Shown: piece by piece, positions 1 to 9,971 of the stretch
Numbering within the stretch: the stretch's first letter is position 1
Layout of the letters: each line of letters starts with the position of its first letter
From: Lama guanicoe
Lineage: Eukaryota
DNA length: 20,000 nucleotides
Assembly: GCA_013239625.1 (NCBI GenBank)
Contig: MU053487.1
Location: forward strand, 3,740,186 to 3,760,185
Direction of reading: 5' to 3'
Made by a program: the position numbers and the translations under genes
Notes under the pieces: model-generated
The model's input: only the letters and a program-made list of their open reading frames with translations
The model's database searches: none
Told to the model about the DNA's origin: nothing

Positions 1-244
1 AAAATATTATAGCTATCTCCATGCCCCACAGATACTGGGCCACTGTCAGATGCTTGAACACATCATGCTGTCTTCCAATTCAGAGACTCTGGAGATGTTG
101 TCCTTTCTTGTTTTCTTATATTTCATTTTCTCTTCTTCCCTTCACTCACTCACTTCTAGTGGTCCTTTTTTCTCAGACTGAACATGACTCCCTTGAGATT
201 CCCTGACCCTCCAAATCAAACTCATGTTATTCCCTCCCATGGAT

Positions 245-350
245 TTTTTTCATTCACTCCACATATATTTATTGAATACCACCTACATGCCAAGAGCCCA
301 CTGTCTAATCGGGAGACAGACATTGGACAAATAATTCTGAAAATGGCTGT
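245..350 (-). mobile_element. L2 LINE 3' end fragment (ancient)
   Basis: TTCATTCACTCCACATATTTTATTGAATACCACCTACATGCCAAG resembles the reverse complement of the L2 3' terminus; boundaries approximate. Confidence 0.55.
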
Positions 351-597
351 GATAATGTGCCTTGTGATTACATATCCCCTGATAATGCAAATCCAGACAG
401 ACAGCAATCAGTGATTGGCTCTCATCCGTGGTCACTTCGTGAGCCTCATGTTAACGCAACACACATGCTACACGACTGAACTTTTGGGGCCTCACTTAAG
501 GCGTGATGAGAGGATTTTACTGTGCAACCAATTTATATCATTGAAAATGTAAAGCATTTCTTCAAGCCATTTGTTCTATGCCTATCTGCCCTCGTAC

Positions 598-754
598 TGT
601 ATTTATTTAACTAGTGTTTCATAAGAACCTATGTGTCATCTGTGCTGAGTGCTGAGCTTATAGAAATGAAAAGGTGAAGTTCTGCTCTCACAGACCTTAC
701 ATTCAGGGGGTGGGAGGTTGGGGGTGGAAATAAGCAGTTAAGAAACTAAAGAAT
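598..754 (-). mobile_element. L2 LINE 3' fragment, interrupted by the MER21-like LTR
   Basis: TATTTATTTAACTAGTGTTTCATAAGAACCTATGTGTCATCTGTGCTGAGTGCTG...CTGCTCTCACAGACCTTACATTC is a typical antisense L2 3' region; it may resume after 1659. Confidence 0.6.
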
Positions 755-759
755 GCATA

Positions 760-1653
760 TGCGATGTGATTTATAACAGAAATACATATTTGACCTTCAC
801 CCCCGTTTCTGGCACAGAGTTCCTGAAACTTGAAATTTCCTAGGTGATGAGAGCCCCTAAAGGTAACTTCTGGAGTGCACTTAAGGATGGTTGTATGTTA
901 GAGGATTAGAACTTTTGGTCTCACCCCTTACCTCTGGGGAGGGGAGGGGGCTGGAGGTTGAATCAGTTCCCAATGGCCAATGATTTGATCAATGGTGCCT
1001 CTGTAATGAAGCCTCCATAAAAATCCAAAAGGATGGGATTTGGGGGAACCTCTGGGTGAATGAGTAGCTGGAGATTCAGGGAGACTAAGGCTGGGAGAGG
1101 TCATGGACAGTTCTCGGCCCTTGCCTGTACCTTGCCCTGTGCATCTTTAAAAAAATTTTTTTTACTATTATTTTTAAATGGAGGTACTGGGGATTGAACC
1201 CAGGGTCTCGTGCATGCTAACTAAGCATGTGCTCTATCACTGAGCTATATCCATGCCCCCACCCCCATGCATCTCTTCTATCTGGCTATTCCTGAGTTAT
1301 ATCTTTTTATAACAAACCAGTAATCTGTGAGCAAATGAGTTCCCTGAGAGCCATCCTAGCAAATTAATCCAACCCAAGGAAGGGGCGATGGGAACCTCTG
1401 CTTTATAGCCAGTTGGTCAGAAGCACAGGTGACAACCTGTGCTTGCAACTGGCATCTGAAGAGGACGGTGGTCTTGCAGGTCTGAGCCCTTAGCTTGTGG
1501 ACTCTGATGCTTTCCCTGGGTAGACGGTGTCAGAACTGAGTTGAATTGTAAGACACCCAGCTTGCTGGGTGTCAAACATGGATTTGCTTGATGGATGTGA
1601 GGGAAACCTCCCTACCACACACACGTTGGAACTGGGTGCTCAGGACGCTTCTA
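760..1653 (+). mobile_element. MER21-family (MER21B/C-like) ERVL solo LTR
   Basis: Starts TGCGATGTGATTTATAACAGAAATACATATTTG...TGGCACAGAGTTCCT. Contains MER21-like blocks (CCAATGGCCAATGATTTGATCAAT, TTTATAGCCAGTTGGTCAGAAGCACAGGTGACAACC, GAGTTGAATTGTAAGACACCCAGCT). Flanked by a perfect 5-bp TSD GCATA (755-759 and 1654-1658). Confidence 0.85.
1147..1262 (-). mobile_element. tRNA-Ala(AGC)-derived SINE (camelid Vic-1-like) inserted into the MER21 LTR
   Basis: Reverse complement of 1179-1252 reads GGATATAGCTCAGTGATAGAGCACATGCTTAGTTAGCATGCACGAGACCCTGGGTTCAATCCCCAGTACCTCCA, with A box TAGCTCAGTGATAG and B box GGTTCAATCCC. AT-rich tail at 1147-1178. Imperfect 12-bp TSD CCCTGTGCATCT (1135-1146) / CCCCATGCATCT (1263-1274). 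Confidence 0.9.
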
Positions 1654-1834
1654 GCATATTTAAGAAGAAATATTTTTGAGAAAGTAACATACTTTGCAGA
1701 GTCTTCCTCTGCTCCAGACAACCAGAGAATTATTTTTCACCCCTTTTAACTCAACCTCACAAGTCTTCTTCTCCGTAAGTTACTGCCTTCCTTCTGTGTT
1801 TCACAGGTATGTCTCGTGTTCATCTCTCTAAGCT

Positions 1835-1914
1835 TTATTTGTGCTCCTTGAGAAGTGTGACTGTCTCGTCTGACATGCCTCACAGTACTGAGCACACAGT
1901 AGGTCAACAAAGAC
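1835..1914 (+). mobile_element. L2 LINE 3' terminal fragment
   Basis: GTGCTCCTTGAGAAGTGTGACTGTCTCGT...CACAGTACTGAGCACACAGTAGGTCAACAAAG resembles the L2 3' end. Confidence 0.55.
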
Positions 1915-3009
1915 ACTTTCTGTGGGGCTAGGAGTCCCTTCAGGGCAGGACCCAGGACTTATCCTCTGTCCCCAGCCCCTGGTACCATGCCTGTCAGGAC
2001 AGAGAGGTCTTGAGCTCGGATTAATAGAAGAAAGAAAGGAATTGCTCCTTTTCATCCATCAGCGAATTGTTGGGCTTGCATTTATCTAATTGTTTTGGAT
2101 AAGATGATGTTTTTAGCCTGCTAGTGTACCAATTGCTTGTACGTACGAGGGCTTTTTAGCTTACACTTTACTTTGAATAATGATACTTGATGGATATCTG
2201 GAGGAGCAAATGGTCCTTGTTTTATAGGTGGGGAGACTGGGTGTAGAGAGGTTGAGAGGCTTCACCTGTGACCCCTGGCTCTCCAGTATGAGGACAAGGG
2301 TTAAGAACACAAGGTTCCCTAATCCAAGGCTCTTGATACCACAAGTTCCCCAGATGTGACCCCGCCTCCTTCCGTTCCCACTCCTTGGACAAGCCATCTC
2401 CTTTCAGGCAGTAACCGTCCCCGGGAATCATGACAGTGGTTAAGATGCAGTGGAAGGAAGAGAATCATTGCCAGTTTCTTGTCTCTCTATTCTCCTTTCT
2501 TCTCTGAGCCCCTGCCATCCATCTCTGTGCCTGAGATGTGCCCTGGACACAGGCTGAGAGGGCGAGGAGGAGTCCAGTGGCGAGGGCGCTCTGTGGAGTC
2601 TGGGCTCCCTGTCAGAACTCCAAGCACCAAGGAAAGGAGAGCAGCTTGGTTTCCATGGCGACCTGCCCACCCAGTCCCTGCAGCTGCAGCCCCTCTCTGG
2701 CCCCCTGAGGCGGGGACTGTGGGTGACCCGAGCCAGTCCTGTGCCCACGTCGGCCCTCGCCAGGTTCAGGCCCGAGGCAGGCTATTCATTCTGAGCTGGA
2801 GCTCTGCCTGACACGGTTCCCATGGGGACGGCTGTGGGCACACGCTGCCTGCGGTCAGATCCCCAGATCAGAACTGCCCTGCAATTCAGGCAGCTCCTCT
2901 CCGGCTCAGAGCCTTTGGAAGAACAAATGAATTTCAGCTGCCCTAGTCCCTCAACTCGCCCCCACACCCACCAAAGGTAGATTTAAGAACTTGGCACTGT
3001 GGGGCTTTT

Positions 3010-3515
3010 TGTGCCGCATACAGGGCATTCCCTCTGTGCCAGGGCCTGGGGACACTAAGATCCCTGAGGCACAGTCCTCATTATTAAGAGGGATGAGCGG
3101 GGAAGACAGTTCATCAAGCTGGTAATTACAGCACAGTGGGGCCCAACAACAGTGGGACTAAGGACAAGAAACAGGAGTGATCGCTCAGCTCTGGGAAAGT
3201 TTCAGTAGGGGAACAGGAGGCATCCTAAACAGAGGGAGGGACTCCTACAAAATGTAAGAGAATATGTAAGAATTTGCTGTGTAGAAAAGCAAAGTTCCAG
3301 GTGTTGTGGAGGGAGGGGGATGTGCAGGAGCCCTGTCCTGAGCTGGAGCTGGGCTGTGTCCTCTAGGGAAAGAAGAGTCATTTTACACAGGACAGCAGTG
3401 TAGCTGGATTTAGAAAGTTCACCGAAAATGCTGTGAAGGGACCGATTTAAGGAGGAGGAGATTAGAGGTGGGGAGGACAGCGAGGTAGCTACAGAAATCC
3501 TGGTGAGGTCCCAGA
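3010..3515 (-). mobile_element. Degenerate L2 LINE fragment
   Basis: CTCTGTGCCAGGGCCTGGGGACAC...GGTAATTACAGCACAGTG...GGATTTAGAAAGTTCACC...GAGGTAGCTACAGAAATCCTGGTGAG follows the antisense L2 motif order; very diverged. Confidence 0.5.
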
Positions 3516-4159
3516 GGCTAGTGACTCATCCCTCAGATTCAGGGCCTCCATTCCCCCAGCTGTGGCTAAGGGCATCCAGTCTGGTACCTTCATGTTGAAA
3601 TGGCAGGAGCCAGGAGATCTGGCTGACAGCTGCCCCACTCACCTGCTCTCCTGGGTCCAGAAGACTTTCAGGCAGGGTGGCCTGCCAAGGTCATGTTTGT
3701 TAGGGAGCGTCCTGGGTCAGCACCTGTGAGGGAAGGGTAGTGGCAGGACTGGGCAGGTAGAAAGGTAAACTGTCACCAACCCAGCAGGCAGCTCTGGAGC
3801 TCAGATGCCTGTCAGAGCTGTCTTGTGGCAGGTGGGTGGCTGGGCTGTAACATCCCCGCCTTGGTGGGTCATGGATGTGGGCATCCCCAGAAGGACAGGG
3901 CCTGGAAGCCGCTACCTGCTACTGAGTGTGTCCCCGAGTGCTGGCAGCTGTGTCCGCCTCCAGCATTCCCAGAGCCAGGCGCTGAGTCTTCACTGCAGGG
4001 GATTTGTGCACAGTTAGTCCACACCTACAACTTTGCCCTGCTTGCTCTGGGGCCCTGTACAGCTCTCCCCACTGGCAAATGGATGGTCCAGGAGATCTAG
4101 AAAGTCCTCTCAAGCTTGATTCTAATCCTGTGTGCCTCTTAAGTCAGGGAGATGGTACT

Positions 4160-4340
4160 AATAGCAAAAATAACTATCATGTGCTGAGTGCCTACAACAT
4201 GTGTACTGACTTTACTTAATATCCTCTCGTTTCATCCTATGAGATAGGCACACCTGTTATCTCATTCTGTAGAGGGGGATGCAGGTGTCCAAGAGATGAA
4301 GTAATGCCCAGGTCCACAGCACTTAAGTGGCAGAGTCCAG
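4160..4340 (-). mobile_element. MIR SINE
   Basis: TGCTGAGTGCCTAC...CCTATGAGATAGG...GTTATCTCATTCTGTAGAGG...AGAGATGAAGTAATGCCCAGGTCCACAGCACTTAAGTGGCAGAG matches the antisense MIR core. Confidence 0.75.
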
Positions 4341-4837
4341 CCCCTGTGCTGAGTGTCTTACCTCCAGGCGGAACGGCTTCCTTCCTCATTGCAGTTCACA
4401 TGGCTGTGCAGGAAGGAGGTGACTACATGACCATCATACAATTATGGGCCAGTCCACGAGGTATCACTACCTGCCAGGAGCCCTGGGTACCAGGGTGAAG
4501 CTTGCAGCATCTTTTCCCACTCACCCACTGTCTACTTAAGCATCCACAGCTAGGGCCTAGGATTGTCTTCCGGGCCTTGGGAATGGAGCAGTGACACCTA
4601 AAAGAAAAGATATTGCCCTCAGTGAGAAATACACTTGTCTGGTTTATAAACAGAAATCCATTCACTGAAAGAGGGGGAGGGGTGGGGAGCTGAGCTCTGA
4701 GGACCTTAGATGTAATTCACTTGTAATCTTCCCCCAGCGCCTGCATCCCCTTCTCCTCTCTTATAAGTTCTGTCCACGAGGTGGACTCTGCTCCTCTCTC
4801 CACCTCCAGACAGCTATCCTTAGCAAGACGGTCACCT

Positions 4838-5030
4838 CCATTCACTGAATGGCCAGGACACGCCAGGCTTGTGCCTGGACCTCATCTCACTCTCACAACA
4901 GCCTTGGGAGACAGGGGCTGACATCCCTATCTCACAGAGGAGTAAATTGAGTCCCAAAATGCATTAAATCACTCACCTGGGTCACAGCCATTGTGGGGCA
5001 GGACTTGAATCTAACCAGTCTATCTGCCCA
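4838..5030 (-). mobile_element. MIR SINE
   Basis: CTCACAACAGCCTTGGGAGACAGG...ATCCCTATCTCACAGAGGAGTAAATTGAGTCCCA...CACCTGGGTCACAGC...GCAGGACTTGAATCTA. Confidence 0.75.
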
Positions 5031-5416
5031 ACCATAGTGTTGAGGGGATTGAGAGAGTCTGGAATAAAGGGGCCAGGATTACAGAAGGATGTAGTCTCAT
5101 GGGCCATAGTAGGAAGGAGTGGAAAGTCATGCAGAGCCACAGGGATGCTGGGGCTGGTTGTTCTGGAAGCCACGGCAAGGGGAGCTTCTGGGGCAGAATC
5201 TTGGGGGGATTTGGAGTTGTGGGAAAAGGGCAGTTTAGATGAGCTGGCTTGGCGACCATTATGGGTGGTCTCAGAGTGGGTTTAAAGGCAAAGCTGAATG
5301 ATAGCCCACTGGGGACTCAGGAGACCTGGTCTCCTGTGTCTGAGTTTCAGGGTTCCTTGGTGTAAAATGACCAGGGAGGTGGGGGTAGGGAGAAGATGAG
5401 ATGGAATGGTTTAGAA

Positions 5417-5576
5417 CATGGTTCTCAAATCTCAGTGTGCATTCAAATCACCAGGAGAGCATGTTAGAACACATCCCTGGCTCCATCCCATTGGCTCTGA
5501 CTCCACCGGTGAGGTCGGGGGTGGGGGATGTTTTTCATTCCTAGTGCAGGGGATGCTGATGCTGTGAGAAGCACTG
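5417..5576. mobile_element. MER5A-like hAT-Charlie MITE
   Basis: Terminal inverted repeats CATGGTTCTCAAA ... GTGAGAAGCACTG; internal TGCATTCAAATCACCAGGAGAGC and GATGCTGATGCTG. Preceded by GTTTAGAA, which resembles the NTCTAGAN target. Confidence 0.75.
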
Positions 5577-5739
5577 GTGTGATGGCTTCCGAGGGCACCA
5601 CCTCCCCTGGCATCCCAGAGATTATGAGTTCAGCTTCCCAAGCAGGGCCCCTCTCCCTAGGGATGGCCACTGCTGACTCAGGCAGGGGAGAAGGGACCAT
5701 CTTGCTCCGGAAGCCATGACTGAGAGTGGCTGCCACTCT

Positions 5740-5865
5740 TAATATGCTTTTTGTGCCAACTTTACAGATACTAAGCCTGGAGCTCAGAGAGGTGGTCCCA
5801 GAGGTTACACAGCCAGTAAGTGCTAGAGCCAAGATTAAATCCTGGAGCTCAGCTGAGACCCAAGG
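5740..5865 (-). mobile_element. MIR SINE fragment
   Basis: CCAACTTTACAGAT...GCTCAGAGAGGT...GTTACACAGCCAGTAAGTGCTAGAGCCAAGATTAAATCC. Confidence 0.7.
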
Positions 5866-6513
5866 GGATGAGGTTGCAGGCACTATGGGGACTCATGTGA
5901 GACTCCTCAGGACTGCTCTGTGGGAGGTATAACAGGATACTGGTCTGGGAGACCTGGGGCTCTGCAGGCACGAGATTCTTTGATCCACCTCCCACCCCAA
6001 AATCCTGACATAGTGAGGTCACTAGGATGAAAGAAGGACACCTTGCATAGGGTCAAGGAGTCCTCTGGGAGGAAATAGATTGATACCATGGCTTCCCCCG
6101 GAGACCTCAACTTACCAGGACATGGATGGACTGAACACAGTGAACACATTTCAATTCCTGAGCTTTGCATAAGAGGACGTTACTAGGGAAGAAAGACACC
6201 TTCACGGGGAACAGAACAGAGCATGGAGTTATATGAGTTTGAATACTAAAGGAGGTGTAATTTTATTTTGTACACCCAGCTCCTCGCTACAAAAGGATTA
6301 GATGGGGGTGTTACCAGCAGGAGAGTGCGTTACCGCTCACATTATCTTTAAAACAGATTCACGTTCATTAAAATGACAATTGTTTTAGAGTCATAATTGA
6401 TACCTGTTTTCACAATTTCAAAGTAAGACAAAAAAAAAATAGGTAGAAGAAAAGAGGCCTAAATCAGCGATGGCAGTGAAATCAGGAGGTGCCAGCCTAA
6501 AACAATGACACTT

Positions 6514-6585
6514 CATTTTACATTCCTGTAAAATTTCCTGTAATGTAAAAAATGTAAAATGTAAAAATGTAAATTCCATTTTACA
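6514..6585. repeat. Short imperfect TGTAA(A)n array flanked by inverted CATTTTACA copies
   Basis: Six TGTAA-starting units between 6527 and 6573; CATTTTACA at 6514-6522 and 6577-6585. Confidence 0.7.
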
Positions 6586-7861
6586 GAACACTGTTCAGAG
6601 GAAAACACATTACCTGATGTGGATTCAGTAGAAGTTGGCCGAAGAGATTTATTTTTCTAAGAAGAGAAAACGTTTGGGATCTCAGACCTCTTAGCCCTTA
6701 GCTGGAGGAAAAACTTAGAGCTGGGCTGGAAGAAACAGGGTGTGTTCTAAGAGCTGTGCCGTGCCCTGGAGACTCGGGAGCTCGGAATACAACTTCATCT
6801 AAATGGACAAAGGAAATACAGGATAGATGTTAATGGATATTTCAATCCAAGATGAAATATGAGTCCAAGGAGCATTTCAACATAATATATATTTAATTGA
6901 AATGAACTACGTATCTTAAATCAAAAATGATGTTAGCAATTCCATACCGATTGAGAATTGCTCTGTGACCTTCATTTTTCTCCCTCTCTCTTGCTTACTT
7001 GGGGAAAGAACTGTTAGCTCAAGGATTTGCTGAATGAATGATTGAATGAATGAAGTTAAATTGGCAAAGGAGGTTTTTGAAAATGTCCTTTTAATAATGT
7101 TAATTTCCTGTGCTTTCCAGGTTTTCTCCAGTGAAAAGAAATTACTTTCACAGATTAGAACTTGGTGGGAGGGCCTGGGTAGGAATCTGTTCTCTTAGGG
7201 GAGAGCTTCTTGGGATGGGTAGTAAGATGCCCACTCTCCCAGGCCAGAGATGATGCCCTCCTGACCCATGACCCAACACAGAGAGAAGGATGATGGAAGA
7301 TGCTGGTCAGCAAGGCTGGGATGGTGAACTGGCTGGGACCGAGTCTTTCTGTGTCAGGAGCTGTGCGTGGAGCTGGCAGTCCAGGGAAGGTACTCAGACG
7401 GCCTCTCCCTCCACAAACTCATGCTTTTGGCTGTGATATTTCATGCACTTGGCACATGTAATTCTGGAGCAACCTGTCTATGTCTGTGGCCTATAAAACA
7501 GCAGAGCCGGAGCAGAGCTGAAGAAGAACAGCTGGCAGATGGGTGGGAACCGTGTCTGTTGAGAAACAGCTGCTAATGCAAAGGAGAATGGTGGGTCCTG
7601 GCCCAAGACCTCTCTCACTGGTCAGAAACGACTGGAACATGACAGATCCTCTCAGATCTTCCTAGGGCACGCTTCCTAGCACTCGGAGCAGAAAATTCAT
7701 TCAAGGTTTTCACTGGAGGAGGGTGGGGTCAGGGTGGACTGGAGCCTTCTTGGAAGGGGCAAGGCTGTATCTGGGCCACTCAGGATGGGAAGGGGATGGG
7801 GGCATGGGTGGAGACCCAGCAGAGGGGCATCTAAACGCTGTTGGCAGGAGTGCTCTGTCCA

Positions 7862-8090
7862 GCAGCATCTGTCCAACTTCAGGAATCGCCAGGGTTGTTC
7901 TGAAATGTGCAGTCCAGAGCCCCATTCCTAGAGATTTCTTTTCTTTTCTTTTCCTTTCTTTTCTTTTCTCTTCTCTTTTTTCTCTTCTTTTCTCTTCTCC
8001 TTCCTTCCTTCCTTTTTTTGCAGGTTTGGAGTTGATTCCAAGAATCTACATTTTTCACAAGTATTCTGGATGATTCTGATGCAGCGTGTC
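7862..8090. mobile_element. MER5A-like MITE interrupted by a polypyrimidine tract
   Basis: GAATCGCCAGGGTTGTTCTGAAATGTGCAG...CCCATTCCTAGAGATT[tract]GCAGGTTTGGAGTTGATTCCAAGAATCTACATTTTTCACAAGTATTCTGGATGATTCTGATGCAGC. Confidence 0.7.
7935..8019. repeat. Pure pyrimidine simple repeat, (CTTTT)n/(CTCTT)n/(CCTT)n
   Basis: 85 consecutive C/T bases. Confidence 0.95.
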
Positions 8091-8110
8091 AGGCACGACA
8101 ATTTGGATAC

Positions 8111-8493
8111 CGTTTTAGTGTTGGGCTGTCATGACAAAATACCACAGGCTGGGTGGCTTAAACAACAGAAGTTTATTCTCTTGTTCTGGAGGCTAGGAAG
8201 TCCCAGGTCAAGCCTGGCTGGGTCGGGTTTCTGGTGGGAGCTCTCCTCCAGGCTGTCAACAGCCACCTCCCCGCAGTGTTCTCATCCGGCCTGTCTTCTG
8301 TGCCCATGTGATCTCCAGTGTCTCTTCCTCTTCCTATGAGAAGACTAGTCCTATCAGGTTAGGGCCTCGTCCTTATGATTGCATTTAACTTTGGTTATCT
8401 TCTTAACTATCTTCTATCTCCAAAGACAGTGTCACATTGGGAGGTAGGGTTTCAAACCACGAATTTGGGGGGACATAAACCAATCCTCAGCCA
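8111..8493 (-). mobile_element. MaLR solo LTR, MLT1A/MLT1B-like
   Basis: ACAAAATACCACAGGCTGGGTGGCTTAAACAACAGAAGTTTATT...GTTCTGGAGGCTAGGAAGTCC...CACATTGGGAGGTAGGGTTTCAA...GAATTTGGGGGGACATAAAC. About 380 bp; possible decayed TSD ATACC/GTACC. Confidence 0.9.
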
Positions 8494-9551
8494 GTACCAC
8501 TCCTGTGGAAAGGGAGTGGGGCTTGAATACCTGGCAGAGGATGGTGGAGGCTGTTTAGTGAGACAGGCCAAGACTCTGGCAAAGGATCTTGTGCAGGGAA
8601 ATGACTGATGCCAATACTGCCACCTGTTTCAGAGCATTTGAGAATCTGTGTGTAGTAAGCAGGGGTTTTGCTGCTCTACAATGCTTGGATGCAAGTTATG
8701 CTACGAGACTTTATTTTTCTAAAATTAAATGACATATGTCTGTGAGCCCCCACCCCTTTAAGGAATGAGAATTCATCTCGGTCATCCCTGGGGCTCTTCC
8801 TCTCCCTACCTCCTCCCACGGGCTAGTGAGGCTCTCCAGGCCTTCCTGACAAGGACTGGGATACTTGGGGAAGATGCACTGACCTTGCACCCACACCGCT
8901 TGCAGCAGGCTTGCTCGTTGTCTAAACCTGTGTGGTCTCTTGAAGATGGCAAGTGACTGCATGGTACCCTGCATGGCAAGACATCTTTTGCCAGGGCTGG
9001 GACAGCCAGAGCTTAGAACGCAGCTTCCCTTTAACATCACAATGCTATTGTGCTCTGGTTCTCCCTCACCCCTGAACACCCTCATTAGTCCTAGCTCAAA
9101 ACTTCTCCCCAGCTAAACTGAATAGAGTGTGCAAAGCATTGAGGTCTCTAGTGCTCAAGAAAATCCCCTTCCTGGTTCCAGAAAATGTCCACTTCATTCT
9201 TAGACCCAGGCCATTACTCCTACACCACCCCATGCCTCGCTGCCCTGGGAGGGACCCCATGATCGGTGCCAGGAGGCCTGTGATGGAACAATGCTGTCCC
9301 TCTTCCTTGGTCAGGGCTTGGATAAGAAGAGGTGAAACCTGGTGATCTGGTGAATGCTGAAATCGGAGAAACACTGCTCTCCAGAGTTTAATGATTACTC
9401 CCTTGGAGTGTTCAGGCTTCTGGAAGCCAGGGAACCATATGCAGTATCACCCAGCCCTGGAAGACAGCAAAGAACCATTGGGGCATATTTCCTAATTATC
9501 TGAAAAGTAATGGGGCCAAAAGGATTCCAGAGTGTCTCTACAAGAATGAAC

Positions 9552-9632
9552 AGACCATAGAATGTCAGCGCTGGAGAGAACCGAGAGCTTATCTGACCTG
9601 TTTTCTTGTTTCTCAGGTGGGGAAGCAGCACT
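9552..9632 (-). mobile_element. MIR3-like SINE fragment
   Basis: ACCATAGAATGTCAGCGCTGGAGAGAACCGAGAGCTTATCTGACC...TCTCAGGTGGGGAAGC resembles the antisense MIR3 tail plus core. Confidence 0.55.
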
Positions 9633-9946
9633 ATTGCTAACAGTGATACCCGCTGACTTATTGGTGCTTGTAATGGGCCAAGAGCCTTAATTCCCAGAAC
9701 CAAGTGAGGACAAAGGTGGTGTAGCTGCCGGTGAGGAGAAGGGGTTTGCCGAGTGACGTTTGGGAGGCTGGGATGGATAAAGCTAACTGAGGAACCAATG
9801 TGAGGCACGAGGGAGAGGGAGGACCAAGAGTGGCCCCAAGAGTGGTCCCTCTGATGAAAATGTTCTAAGCGAGTTTGGGGTCTTCCTCTGAACTCACCCC
9901 CAAACTCTTCAGCCATCAGCCACCCTGGTTGGTAAAAGCAAGTGTC

Positions 9947-9971
9947 TGTGTGTGTGTGTGTGTGTGTGTGT
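9947..9971. repeat. (TG)12 microsatellite
   Basis: Perfect TG dinucleotide run. Confidence 0.95.

Noticed and set aside
1179..1252. Functional tRNA-Ala gene
   Set aside because: Disrupted anticodon loop, mutated D-loop GG, A-rich tail, TSDs and location inside an LTR all indicate a SINE copy.
6514..6585. CRISPR-like or other prokaryotic repeat array
   Set aside because: Units are 5-9 bp without spacers, the context is clearly mammalian, and no cas or other prokaryotic genes are present.
7723..8073. 116-aa ORF with an apparent transmembrane F/S/L segment
   Set aside because: The hydrophobic stretch is the translated polypyrimidine repeat inside a MER5 element.
9590..9625. Splice acceptor CTGAC...TTTTCTTGTTTCTCAG
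   Set aside because: It lies within an antisense MIR3-like core, and I could not support a downstream exon or donor.
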